Shown here piece after piece: positions 42,082 to 55,818 of a DNA stretch of 64,000 nucleotides. The position numbers and the translations under genes were made by a program. The stretch is taken from positions 124,001 to 188,000 of the forward strand of contig CT868058.1 of the NCBI GenBank assembly GCA_000165425.1, read 5' to 3'. The stretch comes from Paramecium tetraurelia. Its lineage: Eukaryota. The notes beneath the pieces are model-generated. The model was given only the letters and a program-made list of their open reading frames with translations. It was not told the DNA's origin and did no database searches. Positions within the stretch are counted from its first letter, which is position 1. Each line of letters opens with the position of its first letter.

Positions 42082-42993
42082 TCACTATTTTTTAGTTTCT
42101 TCTTGGTGTTCTCTGGCTTATTTCTTTTCAAGAGCTGTCAAATACAATCCGTTGTCATCTGGGAGTGAAATCAAGGACTTCTTTCCTTTTCCGATTGTGA
42201 AGATATTGTTGATTCTTGTAGAGAAGTGCTTTCCATTTGAGTCCTAAGATATATCTTTATTAATTCATACTTTAACATGGACGATGTCAAATGATCCAAG
42301 ATGTCTTTCTCTGTGTTGGATGAGACCCACTCTTCCAATGTTATTACCTCCGATAATGTAACATAAATTTCCTAGTTGATATTATAGATACAGATATTAC
42401 CTGGTTCTTCCTTGAGGAAATCGACAACCTTTCCAGTTTCCAAATCGATTTTTAATGTGTCATTGACATGAATATCAGGGTTGGGGTATCTGATGGTTCT
42501 GGCATCGCTGGTGACAATATAGGGGACATTGTTTGGTCCAACCTTCTTTTGGGTTACTTTGACTAACTTGAATTTGGCCTCATCTGGTTTGATTGATTTT
42601 AATATGAATTTTCCTTAGACATCATACAAAACTCTGTAACTTTCTCTTGTCTTGTCAATTGTGATGACATCTGAGTCATTAATGATATAAAAGTACCTTA
42701 TAAGCCAACTGGATATCCAAAGTCAGATCTCACTTTTCCGTCAACTTTAATATTACCATCCTTATCAGCAAGAATCGTTTAGACTTCTCTTGCATACAAA
42801 GCGTATTTCAGTTTATGTTGCAATATTACAGACAAAGGAATTGATTCTCTCAATTTATGGGGTCCTTATGAGGGTCTTGTTGTCCAATTTCCTCCCAATT
42901 TTGAGAGCATCCAACTCTTGGGTGCTGTGATTCTTTTCATATGTTTCTTGGGTCCTCTTGCCTATAGATAATAGTAATCACTATTCTTACCAT
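42082..42993 (-). CDS. RPS4: 40S ribosomal protein S4 (eS4)
   Basis: M(intron)[49 protein letters not shown] and FSTRINNIF. Confidence 0.97.
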
Positions 42994-43233
42994 GATTGTT
43001 TAAAGAAAAAATTAAAATCTTTTTAATTTAATTCAAAATGCCAATACTCATAACATCAGAAATATTTTATTATTATGTACAATATTTATGCTATTCATAT
43101 TATGACAATTTAATATGAAGGTATGAACTACGCAATTACAGAGCACAATATCTTCTTGATTCAGATTCTGATAATTAATACAATGAGAGAATCAATTTTA
43201 AATTACAATAAGCGATTTTAATATTTAATATAA

Positions 43234-44030
43234 ATGCAATTCTAATAATTAATGCCCGTAGGATATGTGAAACAACCTCCTCTTAAGACATTTGTTATTG
43301 CGAAGATTAAGAAGGAAAATACTGAGAAATAGATAAAACTGTATAAACAAAAATATCACCAATACTTCTATCAGCATGATTATCTGAAATTGGTTAAACA
43401 AGGTAAAGAGAAGGATCATGTATTGATGTTATTTTGTTTTCCAGAAGTAAGTCTGCTGATTGTTATCAATAGGACTTAGAGAAGATGAAGGTGGACTTTG
43501 AAGTGGAGGAATATATTGAAATTGAATTGCCAAGCATTGCCCCTATTCACAAAGATTAGAAGTCTCTGTATAATGACTATTGGAATATCTTGCATCCGAA
43601 TTACGAGTATCCGCATAAGCAAAACAAAGATGCAGCTCTGAGAATGCAATAGATTTTAGATACCAAAGTCACAAGGAATAAATGCATCCTCTATGATGAG
43701 GACAACACTATTGTGATTGAAGCAGAAGATGAAACGCACATCAATAATGCTAGACATTGTGTCATGGTAGCAATGGAGAAGTTGGCAGAACACAACAAAA
43801 ATGAGAATCAATAGAAGCACTTTCATGATTTATAGTATTATGCTAAAGAAATGACTTTGGTAATATACTTTGAACCATGCATAATGTGTGCTATGGCTTT
43901 GGTTCATTCAAGAATTAAGGAGGTGTATTACTACCAAAAGAGAGTGGTAGATGGAGGACTCAATGATCAATTATAACTTAATAACCTGAAACAACTAAAT
44001 CATAAATATTTAGTGTTCTATTAGCATTGA
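43234..44030 (+). CDS. ADAT3: tRNA adenosine-34 deaminase non-catalytic subunit (ADAT3/Tad3-like)
   Basis: HCV replaces the catalytic HAE; EPCIMCAMALVHSRI and GGLNDQLQLNNLKQLNHKY are present. Confidence 0.85.
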
Positions 44031-44070
44031 TTTAATTTTATTTATAATTCAATTGCTATTATTTGTAAGT

Positions 44071-46233
44071 TCATTTATAACGTTGGTTAATTAAGCAACC
44101 TATTATGAAATGGAACTAAACATATATCTGTTAATAAATACTCGTAAAACTATTGAGCGTACTCTAAATTGTAAAATACTTCCTGAATGACTTTTAGAGA
44201 ATCCTCAAATTCTTGCTCTCCCTAATTGGCAAGTTTAAGAAACTCTTATTTATCCTCCATTTGACATGCAATCTATTCTAAATCCTTTAGATTTATGGAA
44301 GCAAACTAAATAAATGTAATTGTTGTTACTATAGCATCGTATTCTGTAATCTTTATTTGGATCATCTTTAATGCTTATAATAGAAGATTTGCGTCGATTT
44401 TTTAATTGCTGCTCTGATCCAATCCCATATCATCGATGTACTTCTCTAGACTAGCCAATTGGAGTTTTATTAAGTCCATCTTGTTAATTATAGTCTCAAC
44501 AGCAACAGACAACTTTTTCAAAGTGTTTAGATTCTTCCTGAAGAAGTTCTGAGACTCCTACAAGGAATTCTACATTTTACTGGCGATCATTTGATTATTG
44601 TTCTATTCAATAAATAGTAATTGTTCCTTAATGCCCTTAATCTGTTCTTCTGTGGTTCTATTTATTAGGCTTGCCTCTAAAAGCTTCTTTTGTACATCTA
44701 TTTATTATAATGACATCAAATACCCTCAACAATTCTTCTGAAATTTTCAATCTATTATGATAAGAGTTAATATCCCTGAGTGGGAGGTTCCTTTTACACA
44801 GAGCATAAATCCAATTGATTTTTTATATTTATTAATTTCTTTCCTTATTCTTACTGCAATTGATGAATCTTTTGAATTTATTGTTGGCATCCTTTCCATC
44901 CTCCCTTTTGTTTAATAAAATCAACTTTAAGTTGGATTGATTGGGTTAATTTTAGAGTTTCAGCATTTTGATAAGAATCAACCATGAATTGTATGTTGTA
45001 TTAGAAATAAATCTAATTAAAATTATTTTGTAGATCTAATAGTTTTTATTAGGCATAAGTTTTATGAGCATTTATTTCTTAGATTAGTTTTCGGGTTTCC
45101 ACATGTACTTCCTATTATTTGTTATCCCACTTGTTTTAAAATGACTCTGGAGGCCTAGCCTTAATGAGATCCTATTTGACTGGCAATTGCAATAATTCAT
45201 ACTCCTTTGCTATAGGGTGTTTAAAAGCATTTTCATTGAGATACAAGTACTCTTTCTTAAGTGCTATAAGCTACTATTATTGCAAGAGAAGGAACTCATT
45301 CTTGTGTTTAAACTTTTTAAAAAGTTCCACTATTGATTATTCAGCCTTATTCAAATAGGTTATGGCTTTGCCCATTCTTTATTCTCGTGGAACCTCTTTG
45401 GCAGTGCTAGCCATCAATTTGGCCAACTCCATATTGGTGATAACAACAGTGACAGTGTGATCATTGGAGAACCTCTCCATCAACTAATTATAAATGATGG
45501 GGGGTATTGGTTTCTTGTTACTGGTTTTGGTTTATATCAAGCATCTAATAGTTTACTCGTACATCTTGGAAGACTCTTGTAACAAACCCAAAGCTATAAG
45601 AAGTTCATCTGGATTTTTGATTGTTTGGAAATGATCATACAATTTCTTATATCCATAGGCTTAGGCCTATTGATTAGAGGAAAGATTACGTAGCAATTGT
45701 GCATGTGAATGTGCACTAATGATAGATCGGAATGCTATTAGATAGTCCTTGAATTGACAAAGGCCGTGACTTCAGAGAGTCTCTAAAAACACCACTGGGA
45801 ATTACGACTCTTGCTAATTGCATCCTTGATGGTTGGCATGTTCTGTCCCAAATGATAATAGAGCAATCCAAGATTGTATAGAGAGCAGGAGTATTCGTAA
45901 TGCCATTAATTGGATTGAGTAAATTTATTCTAAAATATTCTATCTGTGTTACAGGTTCATAGGAATCATTCCACGAGAATGAGATTTCAAGCTTAACTTG
46001 TTAATCTATGGCTGAGTCCAAAAGGAGAATATATTCGGTCAGTAATTTCTCAAGTTAGAGACAAGCCTCCACATCCCCCTTATTACAATCCTACCAACGA
46101 TAGTCAGTGATCTGCTTTCTATATTCATCGATTTTATTGACTAATTAATTCTTATTCGATATCAATAGACTATTACCTCAGTCCTGGGAAATTTGATTGC
46201 CTTAGTTTATTTAAATCTGAAACCAAAGTTCAT
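44071..46233 (-). CDS. BRO1-domain protein (ALIX/Bro1-like, with coiled-coil V-domain-like region)
   Basis: FSWNDSY...HYEYSCSLYNLGLLYYHLG, AQAYGYKKLY and ENKNGQSHNLFE region, followed by a long helical C-terminal half. Confidence 0.8.
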
Positions 46234-46286
46234 ATTATTATTATTTATGTATTTGGCGAGAATAAATATTACAAATATTTAAGTTA

Positions 46287-49058
46287 TCACTCATAATCTC
46301 TACTTCCCTTAGGCTTACTTTAATAGATGCAACAAGGTTTCTTGTCTACGACTCTTTCGTTTCTTCGTCTATCTCTAGAACACCATCATCTTTTCTTGAT
46401 ACTACAATGAGAATCGAAATCATACTCTGGTCAACACCAATGAAATGTTGTTGTGAGAATTGTAATTGCTGAATTCGCAAACCCTCTCGAATTGCTAGAA
46501 GATATCTATGTATTATCCCATAATCTTTTCCTAATCATCGTCCTCCTCCTCAGAACTATCATCTAACTTTAATTTTACTGATTTTCTTCTCATTATTTAG
46601 TTTATCTGTAATGAGGGTACTTACAAAACCTATTAACATCCTTGTTCATTCATCACATACAACGACTCATTCACTCCCTTCTTCACACCCTTCTCATTTA
46701 CAGGCACTTCCTCATCAGGAGACTCTGTCTGAGATCCATAATTTACTGAAGTCTTCCTGTGATTCTTGCCCCCAGTTGTATTCAGAAATTGATTATTCTG
46801 ACAAAACCTAAAAGTTCTAGGAGAGGAATCATCCAAAGACACCAAGACCCTCTATGATAAAGATGACTTCCCCATAGTCTGGACATTATTTTGCATCTGA
46901 TTACAAGTGGGTTGATTTCCAAAATGGATACCATGTTGTTATTACAATTCCTTCATCTCCTCTATCTAAACTAGATCTTCATTCTTCATCATGTAATTGA
47001 GAACACTCTCCAAAACAATGAAATGATGCTTCAATGCATACATTTTCCTCGTATGGTTATGTCTAAGGTACTGTGGTGTTCTGTCGACTGGAGTGAACTT
47101 CCTGTAATTGTACAACGTCTTGATTCTATTAGGTAATCCAAATAACAAGGGACAAGTATTTGTAAAATGACAATCGCTTTGGCAACTATTACATTTTATT
47201 TGAATTGCTTTAAAATTTTAATTTTGAACAATGTCATCTGTGATCTACTAGAAAATTTCCTAAGCTTATACACTTTAAATATATACATAATCCAACGGAT
47301 GATCCTTAAAGATGAAGTGCAATTACTCTCTTGAGATCTGGAGAACTTTAGTTGTTTGTGAAGCTATGGCATCATAGGAGTAGGCTCTTTTTGAGAAGAA
47401 ATCCAATTACCCAACAAAAGAGGGATTGTTTATCTTTTATAACAATCTCGATTAATCATTGAGAGTAACGACTAGTTTTATCTCCCCTGTTACGAGAATG
47501 AATAATTAAGTTGATTTATTATTTCTTCTGAATAGGTAATCGTCAGATTGGATTTATCTCTCCTCTAAATACATACATAATTTATTCAACAAAGGTTAAC
47601 TGAAATTCTTAAAGAAAGATAATTGATTTATTATTTTAGCATTCACATCTACAATCATCTGATCTTTCAAACTTTTGGGGATCAAATCTGCAAATTAAAT
47701 TACTTTCTAAGAGGGTTTGCTCCACAAATATTCAAAATATCTTCTAAACTTGATTTAAAGATCATCAGACACATTCTAGCTTTTTAAATATCTATTTAAT
47801 TGATTCATGTTATTCTTTAATTGAACTGATTACTTAGAGAAGTCTTGGAATATGCCTCCTATATTGTTGACAGTATATGCAAATGTTGCAGATGAGATCA
47901 TAGTCATAAAGATTACAAAGATACGTTCAGTCAAATTCACAGGGATGATATCTCCATATCCAATGGTTGTCATTGTAACAATACTCCAATAAAATGAGAC
48001 TACATATCTATCCAACCAAGATTCGTTCTACAATTAGGCAACCTTCAACCAAGTCTTGCCTTCATGATGACCCCATTCTCCCCACTGTCCGATGATATGC
48101 CAAATGCAGGCTGAAAAGTGGGCTACTAATATCATAAAAGATCTAATGCATATGTATAGGCATACATCATCTTGAATAAATCGAATATTGCCGTTTGTCT
48201 ATTCGTCAACTCCAAACGATTAAACAGAGATGAGAATAAACTTGACAACTAGAATACTTTCAAAACTATCACAAAATCAAAGTATCTAAAGTTGAATTGT
48301 TGACCTATAAAGAAAGGAACAACCAAAAACAAATCAATAAAAAAGCCTATCCAATATTAATACCCATTAACCTTCAATGCAATAGAATTTGACTATCTTT
48401 GCTCTGCTTGTGATTAGTATTCCCTTGTTGTAAATGCAAGTGTTGAATTTCAATGCGATATCCAAGAGAAATGAATAAACAGGTAATTGTTCGAAGATGA
48501 ATTCCTTACTGTTCAATGGAAATTCTTCAATTTCTGGAAAGGAAATACGCAAAGAAACATAAAACACATTTATAGTAACAATCACTATTAGATAGATATT
48601 CCAAATGATTATGATAGCATCATCTGGTTTTAAGAGCCACTTTCTGAAATTGCTTTTCTAAAAATGGTTGTTGTGTTCTGCTATATTGATACATATATAC
48701 ACAGTATGCAGGAAAACCAATTATTTAATTTGAGCAGGAAGCGAGAGGGTCTATCTTTAGGTAGGAGTCCTTGATATCTGTAATAATTATAGTGAGATGC
48801 ATTGTCATTAATTAAATTGAATTCTTGCTTTGAAAAATGAGTCAGATCCCTCTTTGTGATCTGTCTAGTGATCAGAGCAATGAATCTGGAGACTATCAGT
48901 ATTATTTTGAATGCTTTGTATTTCCAAATAGGATTTTCTATTCCAAAACTTTGATGTTGAGTCCTTCTACCCCACAATAGCACTTTGGAGCTCTTGTTTA
49001 TATTTGTTTCAAGGGGATCTGGACAATCCTCGATGTTGCTGATTTAACTTATAATCAT
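46287..49058 (-). CDS. Cyclic-nucleotide-binding-domain K+ channel (KCNH/EAG-like)
   Basis: YVVSFYWSIVTMTTIGYGDIIP pore, C-linker, and a CNBD with FVGQLDFFSKRAY; CCHC knuckle after the CNBD. Confidence 0.93.
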
Positions 49059-49082
49059 AAAATTATAATAATTATTTAAAAC
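49059..49082. promoter_or_regulatory. 24-bp divergent intergenic region between the K+ channel and F-box start codons
   Basis: CAT at 49056-49058 and ATG at 49083-49085, with an almost pure A/T spacer. Confidence 0.55.
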
Positions 49083-49952
49083 ATGGATAAACTTGATAAA
49101 ATTATTGCACAATTAGACGAATTGGAAATTAGTCAAAAACACAGGGAAGAGTTGCTCAAAAGAAATCAAGCAACATTCCTCCTGAGATTGCCAAAAGTAC
49201 TCAATCAGATTTGTTATTCAGGTCATTTTAATATAGAGAGTGTGTGGATTTTTGGATGATAATGATCTATATAGATTTACAGCAACATGTTCCACACTCA
49301 GAAAGGTGATGTTTTGTCCTTTGGGATTCAAACTATTGATGTTGAGTAGAAATGCTAATCATTTGGTTGGAGGACCCAAACATTCTCAAATACAACTGAA
49401 ACATGAAAAGATCGACATTATCTCATGTGGCAATTTGTCAACCAACAGCAGTATGTTTGACACAGAGGAGGATGCACTAGCCTAATTAGAGGTTTTGAAA
49501 GCTGTGAAGGATTTCTTATAGAGCAAATTGCAGGATTCGCAAGCAACCATTTAAAAATTACAAGACATGTTGGAAGATGCCCAAGCTACTCTAAAATATG
49601 AAAAATCAGTCAATTTAAGGTTGCAATCCAAAATAAACATTCTGCAAAATCAACTATCGATATCTGAACTCTAGAGGTAGGATGTTAGGGAGAACTTGGC
49701 AGAATTGAATTCTAAATACAACAAAATTGTATCGCATTATAGATATTCTCATAGATCACTTAAATGGAATAGGACAAAATCATCTTGTTGGAAGACAAGG
49801 AGAAGCTTCTAAAACACAAGCAAGTCTTGATCGAAGAGGTCTACAGATTGAGAGGTGTGGTGGCCAAGATGGAGGAAAACCAAAACAATTATAAGGAAGC
49901 CTTAAGACAGGTTAAAACCTTTATGGAAAGCGTAGAAGTTAAACCTGTTTGA
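49083..49952 (+). CDS. F-box protein with C-terminal coiled coil
   Basis: FLLRLPKVILIQRVCGFLDDNDLYRFTATCSTLRK matches the F-box pattern after removing a 25-nt intron; heptad-rich tail. Confidence 0.75.
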
Positions 49953-50091
49953 TTTTGTTATCGATTGAATTATTAATTAATTTTGATGATGTACTATTTT
50001 TCACAATTTACAAACTCAATTAAAATTGGATATTTTAGAGTGTGTATTTTTAGTTTAAAAATCTTATCAAATATTCCAATTTTAATTATTC

Positions 50092-51349
50092 ATGGATTAT
50101 TAATTACCATCTCTAGCTGATCCCTTCACATGGGTTTCTTACAGTATTTTGGGCATCCTGGTAGGCTTATCATAAGCTGGTGGTATTGGTGGTGGACCAA
50201 TCATATCCCCAGTCATGATGGTTTTGTTAGGGTGTCCAAGTAAAAAGGCAATTTGGAACACTTACATAATGCTTTTAGGAGGAAGTCTTGGTAATTTCCT
50301 TCGGTTGGGCAAAGAAAGAGTAAAAATTTATATTTAAACTTCTATAGACTGCCAATGGAAATGCACCATTAATCAATTATTAATTAGTTCAAATAACATT
50401 GCCATTGTTATTAGCTGGAGCCATTTTGGGCGTAGCAACAGGTAAATGGTTACCAAAATTGATCATTGTGATCTTTCTATTTGGAATATTGATGACAGTC
50501 TTCCTGAAAACCAAGAGTTTGTACGCCAAAACTCGTAGCAAAGAAATGAATGAACAATTAATCCCAGTCGAACTAAAAGACCTGACAGTTTAAAAAGAGA
50601 GCAATCACTCAAAAGAATTGAATATATTAAAGGAGAAAGATGCAAGACTCTACCCAATAGAGCCACTTACAGAAATCAGTTTGACTATTTTGATCATCAT
50701 AGTCGTAACTCTATTAAAGGGATCAGGGGCAGTACCATCTCTTTTGGGTGTTGATTTTTGTGGCTATGGCTATCATTTCTTAAATTTTGTTATTTTTGGA
50801 ATAGCCTTTTATAATGTTTAAAGATATAGGAAATAAATATCAAAGGACGAAGAATATAGGGAATCCATTGGTTACGATTTTGCAGATGGCAAAATGAGTT
50901 CTGTATTTGATATTACAGTGAAATCCAGTCTATATGCTGGCTTTTTGGGTGGACTGGTTGGATTAGGAGGAGGTGTGGTATTGACTCCGCTTTGGTTAGA
51001 AACTGGAATCAACCCTCCTCGAGCAGCTGCTTCAGCTACTTTCACAGTATTATTCACTTCATCCATATCAGTATTTATTATAGCTCTATCGGGAGGCTAT
51101 TAATTTTCTGAATTTATAATTTTGGGGGTAAATATAATTTGTTTATAATATTAGTTGGTTTCAAGTCTTGGCAGTTATTTGGTTGCAGGATTCCTGAAAA
51201 AGTTGGTGAAAAAATATAAAAGAGAGTCGATTCTCATTCAAGTGCTTCTAGGAGTAATTTCGTTTGGTTTGATTATACTTCCCTTTCAATCTATTAAGGA
51301 TGTTTATCACAATCCACTTGGTGCCATTTAATTTGGTCGTTTGTGCTGA
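50092..51349 (+). CDS. Sulfite exporter TauE/SafE family membrane protein
   Basis: AGGIGGGPIISP, PLINYQLVQITLPLLLAGAILG and GFLGGLVGLGGGVVLTPLWLETGINP repeats. Confidence 0.9.
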
Positions 51350-51422
51350 TACTTCTGACAATTTTTATCTTTATTTAATATATTATTATGTATCGTAAAT
51401 TAAAGACAATAAATTGATATGT

Positions 51423-52918
51423 TCATAACAAAGTGAGTGAGTAAGATTGTGGATTGAATGGCACATAGGCTTGCTAAAATAATTTAAATTTGACCTCTTT
51501 TATAAATAAAATATATTACTGTTTTATGAAATTTCTAAATGTTTCATGATTAAACTATATTCATAAGCCAGAACCTTTTTAGTAGAAATTAAATCTGACT
51601 CATTAAAACTACCTAAAAGTTCCATTTCTACGAATTATTCCTTTTGAACTTAAATAGTAACAAATAATTCTTTGGATTAAAGAGCTTCCATCATAGCAAT
51701 TAGAAAAACACTAAAAATGGATGGACACGTTTTAATCTTGATTTATTGTTAATTAGAAACTGTAATTTTTTTGGACTTATACAATTGATTTAACTGTTGA
51801 AGGATTGTATCTAGATTGACAAATTTGGCTTTGATTTGTGAATTGTTTAGATCTTGAATCAGTTTAATAAGCATCAACTTTTTTTATACCTTTTTCACAT
51901 GATCCTGATTGAAATTCTTTTTTTAAATCAGTTGACATAGCTTAATAATGATATTGAGTAATTGATCATACTTTGTTTGCATAAGTTCATTGTTAGTCTA
52001 GACCAGATTAGAAATCTAAGGAAATACAAGGAGTATTGTTGGTTTATTACTGAAATAAACAGAGTATTCAATTTTGATTATGAGTTTTTAATGTGAAATT
52101 GTGATTGTCTTATTAAACAGATCAACACAATTCTATTTAAAATTCTTAATTTCATTGTATATCACTTATTCAATAGTTTAATCATTGTGTTTTGCCTCTC
52201 TTAAGAACTTCAGTGCATCTTCATTGGAACTAAATAATCGTTGGCAATTCAAAATTTTGATAATCTGGAATTTGAACTACTCCTCATCGAAAGAGATCAA
52301 AATGTAAGGGATTTACTTAGTAATTTGGGTCAGTATGTTTTCCCATGATTGATCCACCAATGTTAATAAATATTAGGATCTGATTGCCTTATGATATTGG
52401 TATAAATATCTGGATGCGTAAAGGATGAGGATGAAGGCTGAGAATATTGCAGAATACTCTATACTGGTGCTTTTAGTGAAGATAATGATGACCCTTATGA
52501 TTGAAATGGAAATAAGAGAAAACATTGCATCTATGTACTCACCAGCCAGAATAATTAAAAAGTTTGATCCCATCTGGTTGACGCCTCTAAGGTGAGCTGA
52601 TAATGAATCAGAGGATTCTTCGACAAACAAAAAATAAATAGTGAAAGCATGATTCAACAAAATTAAGGATGGTCTCAAAAATCGTTTGTATTTCTTACTC
52701 AAAAGATACTGCAGAAATATATAGGAGATCATGGCTATATAAGTATACACATTAAAGTAATTTTATTACAATAGGCCCTGTCCTATTCTAACAATGAAAA
52801 CTACTGCGAAACCCAGAGTTATCAGCGTAAACATTGTCATTCTAATCTCACCAATACTCGTCTATTAATATTTAGCCTCAATCTACGGGTTTTTGAATGT
52901 AAGTAAGTATTTGTTCAT
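51423..52918 (-). CDS. Multi-pass membrane protein with degenerate histidine-kinase-like cytosolic region
   Basis: Starts MNKYLLTFKNPQIEAKY, followed by ~6 TM helices, WENILTQI and a C-terminal alpha/beta region loosely patterned like HATPase_c but lacking the N/G boxes. Confidence 0.55.
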
Positions 52919-53060
52919 GTGTGACTTTAATTTAATAAATATAAATGGAATTAAATTATTTAAGTATTTTGGATTTTCTATTTTTATAATAAATTTTTAT
53001 AAAATTAGAAATTATGTTTAATTATATATAAGAATTGAATTCATTCCCAAATCCACTATT

Positions 53061-55439
53061 TCAATTGCCTTATGTTTTGTAAGTGTTCTTATTTGTCTTC
53101 TTCCTCCATTGATTGTAAAACTTAATGACCGAATCATAATTATAAGTTGGGTAATACATCCTAAAGAATTTCATCTTCTCAAAGTCATTAATGATACAGA
53201 AATCGTCGTGCCATACTTTTTAATTGGTATAATTTTGTAGAATTCTGACTATCGAAGCACCTTTGATCTTGGTTCTCACACTTTTGAATTCAGGCTTACT
53301 GTTTTATTTTGGAGTAGCTTATTTGTCAAAGAATACAGATATAGAGTCTTTGTTTTCATCCAAATAATGTCTTGATTACTCTAAGTCATCATAAGACTCT
53401 TGCTTATTATATATATCTTACATCGCTCTCCTCATTCGCTGACTTCTCATCTTCATCATCACTCTCCATCTCCCTCTCTTGCATTTTCATCGTCTTTATA
53501 GTCCTCTGATAACACAAATTTGCATTTCTCCTCCTAAACTCCAATTCATGAAATGCCCTTGACTTTTACTTTCGCCTCCTTTTAAATTTACCTTGCCTCT
53601 CCTGCTCTACTGAATATTGATGTTTAGCTAGAATCAATTCTTTATTTAAATTAAAATAGATATCCTCGCATATCTCATGTCCTTATTTTCTACAAAGTAA
53701 GCACTTCAAAAATAAATTATCATAATTCTACACCATGATCCTATCTCTAATCTAATAGAATTAATCTAAATCAGTGTCCTTTAATTTCTTAAAGAAATCT
53801 CCCTGAGAGATGCAATAAACAGTTGAAAACCCTTCACTTACGAACCCCAGTTTCCTATTCTACTACTCATTAAACAAAGATTTCAACCCTACACCATCTC
53901 CTGGTTTCAAATTCCCAACTATAGTCCTGTTCTCCCCAAATATTATATTGATATTTCCCTTCAATAAAATGTACAATCCCTGATCATTCGGCAGTCTCTC
54001 TTAAGGAGTTAGATTAATTTCCTGAACACTTTCAATTAGTTCTTTCAGCAATTTCAACGAGAAATTGTTCACCAATACTGGTTATTTTAACAATAACAAC
54101 CCTTTATCCTATTCATTTAACTCTTGCTTTAACTGGGGACTCAGTTTACCAAAGATCTTCTTTTCCTAAGTAGAGGGCTGATGTTTATATACTAATCGAA
54201 GATAACTAAATTTAAATGACGACTTTACTTTTCTACTCTCTTTTGTAAATCTGAATCGATGTTTCTCTTCTTCATATAATGACTCAAGATTTCCAAATCA
54301 TGTTTGACCTTACTCTTGTCTGCATCCAAGTCTTTCAAAATTGAAGTTATCGTATTGAACACATATGCAAATATACATGATGAAAAGAGAGTTAAACAAA
54401 TGCTCACCAAGACTTCATATGGATTTATTGGTGTAATGTCACCATATCCCACTGTAGTCATGGTTGTAATGGCAAAATACAATCCAGTCAAATAGATTTC
54501 AACCCAATGTGAATCTTCTAATCCTCGTTGGACTATCCAATTCTTATCCATTGAATGTTGACCTATTCCTATCCAAACACAAGCAAAACAATGAGCTAAC
54601 AATACTACTGTGATCAAAAGTTTCAATAATTTAAGATGGTTTTTAAATTTACCTTTTGGATCTATTTCATACTTGAAAACCTCCATAAATGTTGACAATT
54701 CCTTTAATTTTAAAATGAATAAGTATTTTAGAGGAGTAACTGTTGATAGCAAGAAAACAACCAATCCCAACAATCCTCCAAAATCAATCAAGAATTCCTT
54801 TCGAAAATATTAAATAATTATTTTTCTTGTTTATGTTATCAAAATCCCCTTGTTATATATCTACACATTCAATCTCATTATTATGTCAATCGTCAATATC
54901 ACTATCTCAACAAAAAATATTGGCATCTAAATATCAATAAATTCATCCAATTAGTATACAAATGAATCAGATAATGGAAATATGAAACATAAATGTAATA
55001 CCAAAAGAAATTTTAAGAAACTCCAAAATATAAGCATGGGATGACTTGCCTTTATGCTTGTAAAACTGCGATGTTTAACCATAGTCATCAGACTAGATAC
55101 CAAGACTTACAAACTCACATTCTGCTGTTTGTATTGATAATACTGTTTTTCAAATTAAGATGAGTCTTTCTCCCTCTTTGATTGCTAAATATAACTGCTC
55201 GAAACATCATTAAAGGCTTGCAATTACTACTTACTCAACAGAGACAGATTCTTAATTTTCGTATACTTCCGTAATTTTTATATTGCTTAAATTAGAAGTT
55301 CCTTCAACCTTGCCTATATGTTTATCTGCCTGAATTTTATTTGGCCTAGAGCTTCTTGAAATAATACACGTTGTTCTCCATTAGGAGAATGCACCTAAAC
55401 ATGACTAGCCTGAAGATCATTGAGGTCTAGTTAATTCAT
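53061..55439 (-). CDS. Second CNBD-containing K+ channel (KCNH/EAG-like)
   Basis: YLTGLYFAITTMTTVGYGDITP pore; GLYILLKGNI..LKPGDGVG CNBD; C-terminal DFEKMKFFRMYYPTYNYDSVI. Confidence 0.93.
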
Positions 55440-55818
55440 CAATAATTTAATTCAATTTATAATATATTAGAATGATTCAAATTATTTGAGAGAAGTAAAA
55501 TGAATTTCAATAAATTAGGTACTGCATTTTAATTTAAATTCAAATACCAAGTCAAAAGCCATTATTGCAATTTTTGACTACTTCTAACAGCAAATTCGAT
55601 ATTCCAAAATATCCTTAATCCTATATCACACAATAAGGATTGCTTAATGAAAAACAGATTAATTAATTTTACATTCAATCAATTCAAATCAATATAATAT
55701 TAATATTATAAATTATAATATACAAATATTATATCTAACAATTAGATGGATACTTTTTTACTTTTATGAAGAAAACATTTAAAACAAAAATACTATTTAT
55801 AATTTGAAGTTATAACAA

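Noticed and set aside
12251..42993. Five ribosomal protein genes within 31 kb
   Set aside because: They are not adjacent as a block and I saw no shared upstream motif. It may reflect high retention of ribosomal protein duplicates, which cannot be tested here.
43113..43175. Possible box C/D snoRNA between RPS4 and ADAT3 (terminal CTGA, TTCTTGATT)
   Set aside because: There is no convincing RUGAUGA box C, and only about 9 nt of possible rRNA complementarity that is not correctly placed next to a D box.
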